DNA of 35,192 bases from Chiloscyllium plagiosum (Eukaryota). Location: assembly GCF_004010195.1 (NCBI RefSeq), contig NC_057754.1, forward strand, positions 4,787,397-4,822,588, in the 5' to 3' direction. The notes below the pieces were generated by a model, which made no database searches, was not told the DNA's origin, and saw only the letters and a list, made by a program, of their open reading frames with translations. The position numbers and the translations under genes were made by a program. Positions within the stretch are counted from its first letter, which is position 1, and the number at the start of each line of letters is the position of its first letter. Below, in pieces: positions 1 through 10,160 of this stretch.

Positions 1-531
1 CTGCAAAGGTCATTTTTGCTCCTTCACAATCTACAGACTCAGAAAATAACACCGTCTTATTCCTCTACAAACACTGCCCCAGGTTAAATTAATAGCTATG
101 GCTTATATTTTAAGTTTAATCAAGAGACTTATCTCCAAAAACATATAATCAAGAAAGAATCCACTATACTCACTACTGCAGCCTTTCTCTTGGACAGACT
201 TAAAACAACAATTAACTTATCTGATTCTGTGCTGTGAACTTCACCCAACAGTTCCTCCAAGGTTAGTTGTGAATTTTACTGTTTGTTAATTTTCCCCGAT
301 GCACTCCGATGTCCAGCAATACACATATTCAAACAACAAAGGCGGTAACTATGCAGGTTCTCGTTCTCTCTCTCTCTCTCTCTCTCTCCTGCACTGTCCT
401 CACCATGTCCTTCCTTTGTCTGCTCTTCTCCCTTTTAAACTGCCGTTGTTTTGAAAATACCTCAAAAATAAGGGGCAGCTGTTACAGCCAGAAATTTTTC
501 CTGTCCTCCATCTTGGATTACCCAGAATCCT
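1..531. repeat. Probable interspersed repeat (possibly the 5'UTR of a LINE on the minus strand) containing a (CT)n microsatellite at ~365-388
   Basis: The (CT)n tract is seen directly. The rest is recalled resemblance to a shark repeat ending ...CCATCTTGGATTACCCAGAATCC; family not determined. Confidence 0.3.
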
Positions 532-689
532 CACTTCTCAGTGGCTTACCATCATGTACTGGAGACGAACTAGGATCTCCATAAATAGGCCCTCTGCTTG
601 CTCCAGGACTCTGATTCAGAGTTGTTTGTGCAAACACTCACGTTGTAGCAAAAAGATAAATCACAGAAAAATTTGTTGACTTTTTTCTT

Positions 690-967
690 TCAGTGTTGGA
701 AATCTGTAATACCAAGCAAATATTCTGTTATTCTGAACATATTACTTTTTTAATTTTTCTGAATTATTACTATGGTTTTGTACTTTTGAACATCTGTAAT
801 GCTGAACTTTTTAATTCTTTATTTTTCTATTTTTTCCTAAGAATTTGTACTCAAATATCTGTACCTCGGTACCCTTATACATAAAATGGCTCTGTGAAGT
901 GGCAACTTGTAAATTTTTGACTGTACTCATGTGAGTACATGTGACAATAAAGCCAATTCATTCAATT
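690..967 (+). mobile_element. 3' part of a non-autonomous retroposon with a Rex1/Babar-like tail
   Basis: Ends tggcaac...actgtactcatgtgagtacatgtgacaataaa...attcattcaattc. The same tail (tggcaac...cactgta...tacatgtgataataaa...attctattct) ends the element at 9208-10159. Confidence 0.45.
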
Positions 968-1109
968 CGTATTTCAGAACTATACAGCAGATGTGTGAGC
1001 AGCATCAAAATAAGTGTCATTCCCTGTGGTTCGATGGTTTTCACCATGTCGCTCGGATTTGATTCCTGGCCAGAGAATGACTCTTCCTCTTTCCACCTCA
1101 GAAAGTGGG

Positions 1110-1296
1110 GAAGGCAGAGTCATTAAATATTTTTAAGGCAGAGGTAGATAGTTTCACATCTAACAAGAGAGTCAAAGATTATCAGAGTATATGGGATTGT
1201 GGAGTTGGGTCGACAGCTATATCTGCAGTGATCTTATTGAATAATTGAACAGTCTCAAGAAGCTGAATAGCTTACTCTGGTTCCTAATTCTTTATG
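1110..1296 (+). mobile_element. Old CR1-type LINE 3' end
   Basis: gtcattaaatatttttaaggcagaggtagatag...gatcttattgaa...gctgaatagcttactctggttcctaattc resembles the CR1 3' end at 22920-23560. Confidence 0.6.
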
Positions 1297-1460
1297 AATG
1301 CATTTTTGAATGTGACTTTGAAAAATTGAACAAATATTTTCGAGATAATATTTCATGTTCTTGAATGCTGTTAGATGGTTAGCGAACAAAGAGTTTAAAG
1401 CTGACAAGCTGTTCACAGTATTAATTTAATCTTCATTACATTTGGCTGAAAATTACAAGA

Positions 1461-1584
1461 GTTTAGTTCAGAGTGGTGCTGGAAAAGCACAGCAGGATGC
1501 TGCCTGAGCTACTGTGCTCTTCCAGCACCACTTTGATCTAAACTCTGGTTTCCTGAATCTGCAGTCCTCACTTTTGCCGCCTTC
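1461..1584 (+). mobile_element. Short fold-back PLE-terminus derivative (family A; ribozyme core absent)
   Basis: Inverted arms agagtttagttcagagtggtgctggaaaagcacag / ctgtgctcttccagcaccactttgatctaaactct, with 3' tail ctgcagtcctcacttt. Flanked by aaaattacaaga (1449-1460) and aaaattgcaaga (1585-1596). Confidence 0.7.
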
Positions 1585-2537
1585 AAAATTGCAAGATTTA
1601 AATTTATACTACAAAGGATCAGAGTTGCAAGATAATATTTTATGTTGTTGCTCCCAAAGCTGTCTAAACTGTAAAGCATTGGGCAGAGAATAAAGAATGA
1701 AATGCAGGGTTCTTAATTTTCTTTTGCCCTTGTCAAGGTGTAGTACATAGATTAATGTAAAGCAGACAACATCTCCAGGCCTATAATGTGTTAATTCTGA
1801 TGTACGACATTTATGTTTTCTCATGCTGTCTGTCTAATATATTTTCTGAGTGTGACAGCCGTTAGTGCCAACTTGAGCCCCTGTCTGTAGCCTCCTAGGT
1901 TAGATTTAAACTGAGTCAAACATGTTATGTGTACAGCCAGTCAAGGAAGACAGTCCAGGAAGAACTTTGGATCATCAATCTGGGTTAGGTGGACCTGAAA
2001 GAACATTATGCTATGAATCCACTGGATCACCCAACCTCTAAATTGAATACACACCAATTTTACAGGACTGAATGAATTTGTCTGAGAGGTGTAGAGTGTA
2101 ATATGGCCTCCCTTTAATTCCCACAACGTGCTCCACTTGTACATTTATTTTGGCAGCATGCACTTGGTTTTCTGTGCTCATGTGTAACTATTGCTGTTAT
2201 ACCATGCCACTCCAGAATGAATTTCTTAGTCCAATTGCTTGAATAGGCCACTTAAAAATAAATTTCTCTGCTTGTATTCTTGTTTGCTGAGTTATGGGTC
2301 CATGGGTAACTTGCTGTCTGTCTCCACCTTTCACTTGCGAACTTACAAAATGTTGAACTGTGGAGGGCATAACAAGTATGACTGATCCTATCCATGCTTC
2401 TGTGAGCAGGAGAAGAAACCTCAGCAGGTCAGAGATGAAACCTGCTATCCACCTGCTCCACATGTCTCATTTGAGACATAGAAGCAGCTAATTTGGTGAT
2501 TTTTCTGACTATGCCTGAGGTTGTGCACTTATGTTCA

Positions 2538-2599
2538 TGACTAAACAAATCTCTCCTTGTTTTCCAGCTGTGATCAGAGACTGCAAGTTATCCTAAAGG
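2538..2599 (+). other. Splice acceptor and 5'UTR part of the beta-spectrin exon (exon starts 2568)
   Basis: Branch-point-like TGACTAAAC at 2538-2546, pyrimidine tract ctctccttgttttcc, AG at 2566-2567, then 32 nt of UTR before ATG 2600. Implies a non-coding first exon further upstream. Confidence 0.75.
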
Positions 2600-2759
2600 A
2601 TGAGCAGCACAATGTCAACAGCCACAGACTATGACAGCATTGAGATACAGCAGCAATACAATGACATAAATAACCGTTGGGATGCCAATGAGGAGGAGTG
2701 GGACAATGAGAACAGCTCTGCACGACTCTTTGAACGCTCACGTATCAAGGCCTTGGCAG
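2600..2759 (+). CDS. SPTBN2: First coding exon of a non-erythroid beta-spectrin (SPTBN2-like; SPTBN1 not excluded), partial CDS ending in phase 1
   Basis: Translates MSSTMSTATDYDSIEIQQQYNDINNRWDANEEEWDNENSSARLFERSRIKALA, containing the beta-spectrin N-terminal motif WDNxxSSARLFERSRIKALA. An in-frame TAA at 2594-2596 lies just upstream of the ATG. The donor GCAG|GTAGGC at 2759/2760 sits at the conserved phase-1 position before DEREAVQKK. The MSST start and the 5-residue spacer between RWD and WDN resemble SPTBN2 more than SPTBN1 (3-residue spacer). Confidence is for the exon; the paralogue call is weaker. Confidence 0.93.
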
Positions 2760-3223
2760 GTAGGCAGAAAATACTGGTAGGTGAGACTAACAGTTGCAAG
2801 GCAGGAAGGGAAAAATCTACAGCAGAGTGGAGCTGCAAATGAAGAAGAAAGATTCTTCTCTTTTAAATTCCATAAATAGGACAAAACTCAACCATTCCTT
2901 TTTGCTGTTTCTATTGCTGGCTTTCTCTTTTTGAACATGTCGATTTTTACAATGTGGTACAATTCCCTTTCTGGTGTATTGCCAAGTGGCCATCCTTCTT
3001 TCATGAAACTAGGCTGCATCTGATGCTGTATGACTCTGTGGGACATTGTAGTGAACCCTGATCCTATCCTCATGCATTCAGTATTTGCACACTTTCCAAC
3101 AGAGTTCACTGAATGTATTTAAAAGTGGCTATTCTGACTGATTATTCGCCTCCTTACCTCAGGACACCAGGACTAAATATGGGACCCCATATGAAAAATG
3201 GAAACAGAATAGAACTATTTAAG

Positions 3224-3339
3224 AATCACCTGCACTTGAAATGTTTTGCGCCACAGATGCGACAGATCTGCTGAGTTTCGCCAGCAATTTCTACTTTTGT
3301 TTCACATCTCCAGCATCTGCATTTCTATGTTTTATTATG
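3224..3339 (+). mobile_element. Truncated single-arm PLE-terminus fragment (family D)
   Basis: cacagatgcgacagatctgctgagtttcgccagcaatttctacttttgtttc is similar to 22612-22665. Exact 12-bp direct repeat gaactatttaag at 3212-3223 and 3340-3351. Confidence 0.65.
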
Positions 3340-3440
3340 GAACTATTTAAGTTTCAGTGAGTTACAATACTCTCATCCTGATCAGACAGTGTGCGTTGCC
3401 CTATTGCCCTGCACCTGCCTGCCCATCCTCCCTTAAAATA

Positions 3441-3661
3441 GTGAAAACAAAAAATGCTGGAAATCACAGTGGATCAGGCAGCATCCTTAGAGCGAGAAAG
3501 CAAGCTAATGTTTCGAGTGTAGATGACTGTTCATCAGAACTGACAACATCAGCTCTGTTGAAGAGTCATGTAGACTCAAAACATTAGCTTGATCTTTGTC
3601 CAAAGATGCAGCATGACCTGTTGTGATTTGCAACATTTTTGTTTTGTTGCAACAGATCACA
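3441..3661. mobile_element. Fold-back PLE-terminus derivative (family C) with degenerate hammerhead cores on both arms
   Basis: Inverted arms aaaacaaaaaatgctggaaatcacag...aagctaatgtttcgagtgtagatgactgttcatcag / ctgttgaagagtcatgtagactcaaaacattagcttg...gtgatttgcaacatttttgtttt. Weak 8-bp flank ttaaaata at 3433-3440 and 3662-3669. Confidence 0.65.
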
Positions 3662-5221
3662 TTAAAATATGATCTGTTAAGAATGGTCACTTGGGCAATG
3701 TTCCAAGGTGCCCGATGCAAAATGTGGAGAAGAATAGGGGAGAGTTGAATTATTATTGAGTCTTTTAATCATTCTGTTGTATACTGCCATCAGGTGGAAT
3801 TTTTCCTGTCTCTGTTTTTGGTTCCAGTTAATGACGAGTCAAGTATGATGTTCATTGCTCCAGTAAAATTTTGTTTTAAAGCACTGTGTTTGTTCTAGTC
3901 AAATTGCTGTAGACATCTTGCTGTTTGAGTACGTCCAAGCTGCAAATAATTTCAATTGTCTCCTGCCATTTCCCTCATGACTGAAGAGTCCGATGGAAGA
4001 ATGGCGTGGAAGTCCACAGACTGACAGTTCATATTACAATTGTTGGTGCTTAGGGGATCTTTCTCAACTGTGGCACCTCTGCCACATGTTTACAGTTTGG
4101 TGTAGATGGTTCACAAGACACGTTGAACCAAACTTTATTGCTTGTTGCGCAAGGGCTGGTCAGCTGTTGCATTTTCGCAAGAGAGGTGGTCTGCAATGCA
4201 TAAGTGTTTAAAAATTTTTTGAATGCTCTTTTGTTGTTTGTACTCTTTGCTGACAAATGTTTCTTAGTTTTAGTCCTACCTGCTTTAATTTTCAAGTTTC
4301 TATATAGAATTCACTTGATATCCTTTGAAAAGTTGTCTTTCTTAATAAAGTTTTACTCTAACCTTCTGAAGAGGTTAGTTTTGTGTCTTTATAAACAGTC
4401 AGTTTGTTTATGGTGAAACATTTGCTTGATAGCCCGTATGTGAGATTAAAGATGGAGTGTACTTTTCACTTTTTCTGTCTGATCTATGCCTAACTTGAAG
4501 TGAGATGATAATGGTATGTTTTGTCTATGTTATTAAAACAATCATGAAAAGTAATGAGAGCAATATGCAAGTGGAAACATAACTCCACTGTATCTGACTC
4601 AAAACTACCCGACATTATGCAGTACCAAAGCACCTCATCACCACATAGTCTATGCATTGTAGATTTTTAACGATAACATCTGTATCCTATTACAGCAAAG
4701 CTATATATTAGCCACCCAACATGAAAGCATATATTGCTGCAGATACAGAGTAGGTCAGTCAGGATCAGAAAAGGGGAATAAAAGCCTAATATTTCAATCA
4801 CAGACCCTCCTTTGTAACTGAAACTGAAAGTCCCTTGACTGAGAAAAATAAGAACAGGAATGCTTGGGGCATGGGGCTTGTTCATGTATGTGTGAGAGAG
4901 ATATGCACAACAGGAGGAGGAAGGAAATCCAGCTACGAAGGTTTCCCAATACCCATTCTAACTGATAAGATTCTGAGAGGACATGACAGGATAATTGCTA
5001 AGAGTATGTTAATGTGACTAGTGTATGAGAAGCTGCAGAGGCCATGCAGGTTAGTAGTCTCGAGGAGTGGGTGAATGAGAGTGAGTCAGGGAAAATACTG
5101 TATGTAATAATGAGAATGATCAGCCATGATTCACATTCAGAGATGGGTTGCAGTAGACGGATAGAGTGAGTGTGAGATAACTAAGAAAAGATGGAGGCAT
5201 TTAGCCCAATAGAATGATAGA

Positions 5222-5420
5222 GGTCATTGACCTTCTTGTGGCATAGCTGAGCATTCCTCTGGTTGAGACAATAATGACCTGATGCAACTTGGACCTGGTG
5301 GCAGGCCCTGGTGGTATGACTTCCTTTGGCAGTCCTGAGGATGCTCATGGTCTTTTTCTGCATAACCCATCCAGGTCCTTGTCTGCAAAGAGAAGAACCA
5401 ATTTTCCTTTAACTGTCATG
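5222..5420 (-). pseudogene. Decayed Myb/SANT-like ORF of a PIF/Harbinger transposon
   Basis: Minus-strand fragments MTVKGKLVLLFADKDLDGL and QRNAQLCHKKVNDL resemble the RFxDxDLExL and RxxxQCRKKxNDL motifs of Harbinger Myb/SANT (NAIF1/MSANTD-like) proteins; frameshifted. Confidence 0.5.
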
Positions 5421-5938
5421 TCTGGGTCAAATGTCACAAACCATGCAGGGCAGCTCCAGATTGCCAGTGCTAATCTCGAAGCACAATAGCCTTTTAAATA
5501 TAATGCTAGTGTCAGGAATCCAAGGGCACATTCTATGAGTGGCAAGTACTTCCACCCATATTGAATGGGAGAATCAGGCTAGCATCAGATGAGAAGGACA
5601 CTATAGGGGTGTGGTATGCAGTTAATGGGGCAAGCGTGAGCTGATTATGTAAGATCCTTGCAGAGAGAAACCCTCCCTGAACCTAGATGACACTTAGTCG
5701 ATTTCTGGTAAGAGTCAGTCATATGTAACATAGATCTATGTAACATAAGACTACAAACATCCTTTCTATGGAAATCATCAGCCTACACTTTGGTACCTTG
5801 TTCGTTTACGCAGTGACTTGAGGTTGGAAGAGGGTCAATGATTTCAACTCGTGAGCCGACAGTTAAGTATAATACATGCTCACGAAAAATGATTGTGTAA
5901 TTTCATAACAGAATTAGGGCTTCAGACATAGTTAAGAG

Positions 5939-6157
5939 CTGAAAATGTGTTGCTGGAAAAGCGCAGCAGACCAGGCAGCATCCAGGGAACAGGAGAATCG
6001 ACGTTTCGGGCATAAGCCTTTCTTCAGGAATTCCTGAAGAAGGGCTTATGCCCGAAACGTCGATTCTCCTGTTCCCTGGATGCTGCCTGACCTGCTGCGC
6101 TTTTCCAGCAACACATTTTCAGCTCTGATCTCCAGCATCTGCAGACCTCACTTTCTC
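5939..6157 (+). mobile_element. Young fold-back PLE-terminus element (family A): 96-bp inverted arms plus a 31-bp 3' tail
   Basis: Palindrome 5935-6126 centred on GAA|TTC (6030/6031) with 3 mismatches and no loop. Tail gatctccagcatctgcagacctcactttctc. Exact 14-bp TSD gacatagttaagag at 5925-5938 and 6158-6171. Confidence 0.9.
6027..6068 (+). ncRNA. Minimal type I hammerhead ribozyme motif (mirror copy on the minus strand at ~6000-6027)
   Basis: CUGAAGA (6034-6040), A, stem II GGGC-UUAU-GCCC, GAAA, CG, UC, with palindromic ACGU in place of stem III. Stem I pairing is weak. Matches the minimal hammerheads known from PLE termini. Confidence 0.65.
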
Positions 6158-7449
6158 GACATAGTTAAGAGGACTGATGAACAAGCAGCAGGAGATTTAT
6201 TCATTTTTGTGTCGCCATTCTAACTGGAAGCAGAGCCGGGAACTATTCCCTTTAGCTCAGCTGGTGGGACAGGCTTTATACAAACAGTAAAGACATAGAG
6301 AGCAACAAAACTGAATAAACATGCAAGTTATTTTCTAAAGTAGGCATGTTGTCACTGTTTTGACTTGTAAAAGGTTTGAACTGAATGGTTGTCATGGATG
6401 AATGCACAACGCACTCATATTAAATCCAAATCATGCTGTTTTTGAGCAGGCATTGACCAAATAAATCTCAAAGATACATTTGACCATAGCCAGTAGTCCT
6501 GGGAATAAATGAACTCTGAGAATATTTTATTACTATTTCTACTTGCATTAACCACATAATCTTGAATTTCCTTTCTGTTTATCCCAGTATTTATTCAGCC
6601 CTTCCTTGATTACAAGAATTGACACAGGATTGACTGCTTAAGATGCAAAACAAAGTGTTCTAATCTTCAGTTTCATTCTGAGACTTGTGCATTTTCTATT
6701 TGAGCTTTATTGTTCTGCACTCAGAATCCAAGTTCTGTATCAGTTTACTTTGTTCCAATGTGTCATCTTCTGGGATCCTGAGAAAGTCCATAGATTTCAA
6801 GAATGTGTTTTGAAATAAGCGATCTGAGCTTCAGAAACTTTTGGCATTGTTTGCTCAGATAGGTCTAGTGAAATTGGAAACATTGCCAGAAAAGGTGTAG
6901 ATGGAATCTTCCAGGAGTCTTGCGGGCTGTGGCAATGAATTTGTGAGAATCATGTGACAAGGCATGTAAGGCTTTTCTTGACCTGGGAACGAGAAGTTGC
7001 ATTTTCCAACTAGGTTCTGGATGATGAGGCAAGAGTTTTGTTTGTGAGTGGTGAGAGTTCATTATCACCATTATTATTTAATGCTACTTGGTTAGTATAC
7101 TCTTTCCAACTCTGCCACACGCTGGATCAAAAGTGCATGTCAAGAATTCCTGACATGAAAATCCAGCTCGCTGCTTGCTGTCCCTTGTCTCAGGGTATAT
7201 ACCCCACGATGATAGATGCTGGCATTTGACATGTGAATCACTGCACCACAATGGCATATCTGGTAGTGCAACTCAGTCCTGGGAATTTGGAGGGTAAAAT
7301 GTTGGTGAAAGAAGGAGATTGGATATTTAAGGGGGGACTGATAGTGCCAAGGAAGAAATGAGATGCTCACCGAACTGTAGTGATGGAGCTCATGAGATTA
7401 AGATGAGAGTTGGAGTGATAGTTCGAAGTTGGGTATTAGAACATGTGGG

Positions 7450-7592
7450 AGTTCATTGGAGATGGACTATCCAGAGAGTGCAAGGTGAAAAAGGATGTGT
7501 TGATTCACAGATGGGGTGAACATGATGACCAGGTTGAGCCTGAAATTCACAGTGTTGACCATGACCTGCAAGGCCTTTCATGATCTGACATG
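7450..7592 (+). pseudogene. Possible second decayed Harbinger Myb/SANT-like remnant
   Basis: Broken-frame pieces resembling LE..QRVQGEKDVLI and CKAFHDL; highly degenerate, about 0.8 kb upstream of the transposase remnant. Confidence 0.25.
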
Positions 7593-8419
7593 CTAATTGC
7601 AACCTATTAATGGAAAATAGCTGTGACCATGCTAACCATGCTGGAAGGCTCTTCATGGAGCAATTGTATCATTCATGCACTCCAAGAGTACAGGTTAAAA
7701 TTATTTGCAATCATATCATTGTTCATGTTAAATGTATCCATTGCACAAGTATGTGAGGTGCAAATGCTGGTCAGAAGCAACTTTTTCTATGTCGTTGGTT
7801 CTTGCAACTCAATGATAGACATCTCTGTGATTCAGAAGGAATCACAGGTCACCACAAAAGAGGCACCCGCAGATCATAATGCACACAACAAATGCAAGAT
7901 CTCCAACAGTCCATAGCGGCATGGAATTGATTTTCTCTTAATCGGAGCTGTAAATATAATGCAAGGCTCTCTCAGGTGGGTTGATGAGGGCTGTCAGGTT
8001 GGTTGATGGTGGGTTGATGAATGGAGAAGGATTCATTACCCATGCATCACTTAAATTTTGTACTGTGTACTTGTCACATGACAAAGTGCCAAGATGAGTC
8101 ATGCCCTCCTTGTCTCAATACTCCATCTCTTACTATATAAAAGAGTATGTTAAGCCATCATTTCTATGTGATGCAAATTCTGATTGTTCACATCAGTAAG
8201 AACCTGTTCTGTTTCATCTGCTCCCCATTCAGGTTCATTGGAAGTGTGACTAATGGATCTAGCCACAGTAGGGTTTATTGCCACTGTTGCTGTGATGCAA
8301 TGAAGGTACAGAGAAATGGAAGAGCAACCAGTGCACCCCAGGACCAGCAGCGACCTTCAGTAAATGAAGAGCTGTCTTCACATGAAAAGATGGCAGCTGA
8401 AAGGCCCCTTAGTATGAGC

Positions 8420-9072
8420 AGGAGGCCAGAGTCTTTTGTCCCTGATGCCATTTCCTCTGGATGAGCAAATGCAGTATTGGTGCAGGCTAAGGATGTCTCA
8501 GGTCACTGTAATCAATGTCATTTGTGTCAGATGATAACACTTCATCTCATTTTCCCTGATGAGCCCGATTAGTAGAATTCACAGAGCTATATCGTAAAGC
8601 AACTGAGTTCATTAATAGTAAAGAGTTCAATTCCATCAATACACAAGTGATCTATGTTGGTTGGTTCCAGTTCTTACAAATTTGTGTCTGTTAACCTGAG
8701 ATATGCCATAATGCACGTATACTTGAGAACTTTAATGCATTTGAGAGTCAGATCCTTTATAAGGATGGTTACTGGGAGACAAGGAATAGCAACTGTGACC
8801 ATGGCTGATGACTCTGTTATGCAATCTCTGACTGACAAGGAGCACAGATACAATGCAGTCCATTTTTCAACTGGGTTCATGATGGAACAAGCAGTAGGCC
8901 TGCTGAAGGTCAGATTCTGCTGCTTGAATCATTTTGGTGGGACCTTGTTCCAGATAGAATGTGCTGCATAATCCTAGCCTGCTGTGCTCAACCCAACTGG
9001 AGCAGGCTATAAGGGGATGTAATGGATGCTGATAAATTGGAAGAGCAGGAGCACTTCTGATGAGGATGAGGA
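8420..9072 (+). pseudogene. PIF/Harbinger DDE transposase (HARBI1-like) pseudogene
   Basis: Motifs in the expected order: CRLRMSQ (~8481); FINSKEFNSINTQVI (cf. NRKGFHSINVQ); ICVC*PEICHNARIL (cf. ARYPGSxHDxxIL); GWLLGDKE*QL*PWLMT (cf. WLLGDxGYPLxxWLMTP); EHRYNAVH..T..MEQAVGLLKVRFCCLNHFGGTL; IILACCA. Multiple stops and frameshifts. Confidence 0.85.
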
Positions 9073-9207
9073 CATTGAGTATGACTTTGTGCACAATGAA
9101 ATACAACAGTATCAGTCTCTACATCCAGGTCCAGTAGTTGAGAGCTAGTGCTGTCGTCACTCATTGACTGTAAAATTGTTGGTGCTCGACATGCAAACAC
9201 TTTATTT

Positions 9208-10159
9208 TCAAGATGGTGGCGGAGTAGCAGTGCAATTTGCAGGCACATTAGCCCAGGAGCAAATTGCCCCATCAGGTGCCAGGCCTACACCACCATTCTG
9301 GGCCATTGGAAGTCACCCAGTTGCTGGGTCTGGGCAGGGAGAAGATGCCCTCCATCAAAGTCATTAAAAGGTAAGGTGTCAAAATACATGGAGTCATTAA
9401 AAAAAATCAAAAGAAAGAAAAGGAAAGCAACTTGCTTTCCTTTTCTTTCTTTTGATTTTTTTTAATGACTCCATTTATTTTGACACCTTACCTTTTAATG
9501 ACTTTGATGGAGGGCATCTTCTCCCTGCCCAGACCCAGCAACTGGGTGACTTCCAATGGCCCAGAATGGTGGTGTAGGCCTGGCACCTGATGGGGCAATC
9601 TCCTGGTGTGAAGTTCTCATCCAGGAGAGCAGTCTCCTGGTGTGGTGGCCTCATCCAAGAGGGCAGTCTCCCAGTGTGGTCGTCTCCTCGGAGGTGGGGG
9701 GGTCTCCCGGTATGGCATTCCTGTCCAGGAGGGGCAATCTTGGCCAGGAGTGGTGTACTTGGTTCGGTGTGGAGTCTCATCCCATTGTGGACGTCTTCTT
9801 TGGCGGCTTCCAGGTATTCCAGCAGCCCAGCACAATGGCCTAGCCCTGGCACAGAATTGTTGTCTTAGTGTGGAGGTCTTGATCTTGTTTTGGAGTCTTC
9901 CAGTGGCCCGACGTGGAGGTCTCATCTTGGCGTGATGGGGTAGACTCGGCCTGGTCCTGAGCAATGGTTTTGATCTGGTTTTGCAGCGTACCCTGGACCC
10001 AGAAGCCGTTAATTGAACTGACATAGACTTTTACTTTTGTTTTCTTCTTATTTATGATTTCTGTCATTAATTGAGGCGCCATCGTATGGCAACTTTTAAA
10101 ACACTTCACTGTAGTTTTTTTGTAAAAATACATGTGATAATAAATTGCTATTCTATTCT
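9208..10159 (+). mobile_element. Non-coding retroposon with internal 34-bp tandem units and a Rex1/Babar-like 3' tail, carrying an internal inverted duplication
   Basis: Starts near aagatggtggcggagtag. GC-richer body with 34-bp units gcaRtctccYRgtgtg starting 9595, 9629 and 9663. Tail cacttcactgta...tacatgtgataataaa...attctattct is shared with 690-967. Confidence 0.55.
9263..9599. repeat. Near-perfect 337-bp palindrome
   Basis: Arms 9263-9430 and 9432-9599 (168 bp each), a 1-nt spacer (C9431) and a single mismatch (9387/9475). The ORF track shows the same peptide CPIRCQAYTTILGHWKSPSCWVWAGRRCPPSKSLKGKVSK on both strands. Confidence 0.97.
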
Positions 10160-10160
10160 T

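Noticed and set aside
2760..2842. C-terminal extension of ORF 2600..2842 (GRQKILVGE...)
   Set aside because: Intron read-through: spectrin similarity stops exactly at the GT donor at 2760.
3981..4012. Hammerhead-like CUGAAGA-GUCC-GAU-GGAA-GAAU
   Set aside because: The GAAA core and stem II closing pair are broken and there is no convincing stem I or III; probably chance.
9148..10133. Cluster of overlapping 67-135 aa ORFs
   Set aside because: Explained by GC-richer repeat sequence and the palindrome; no recognisable protein motif.
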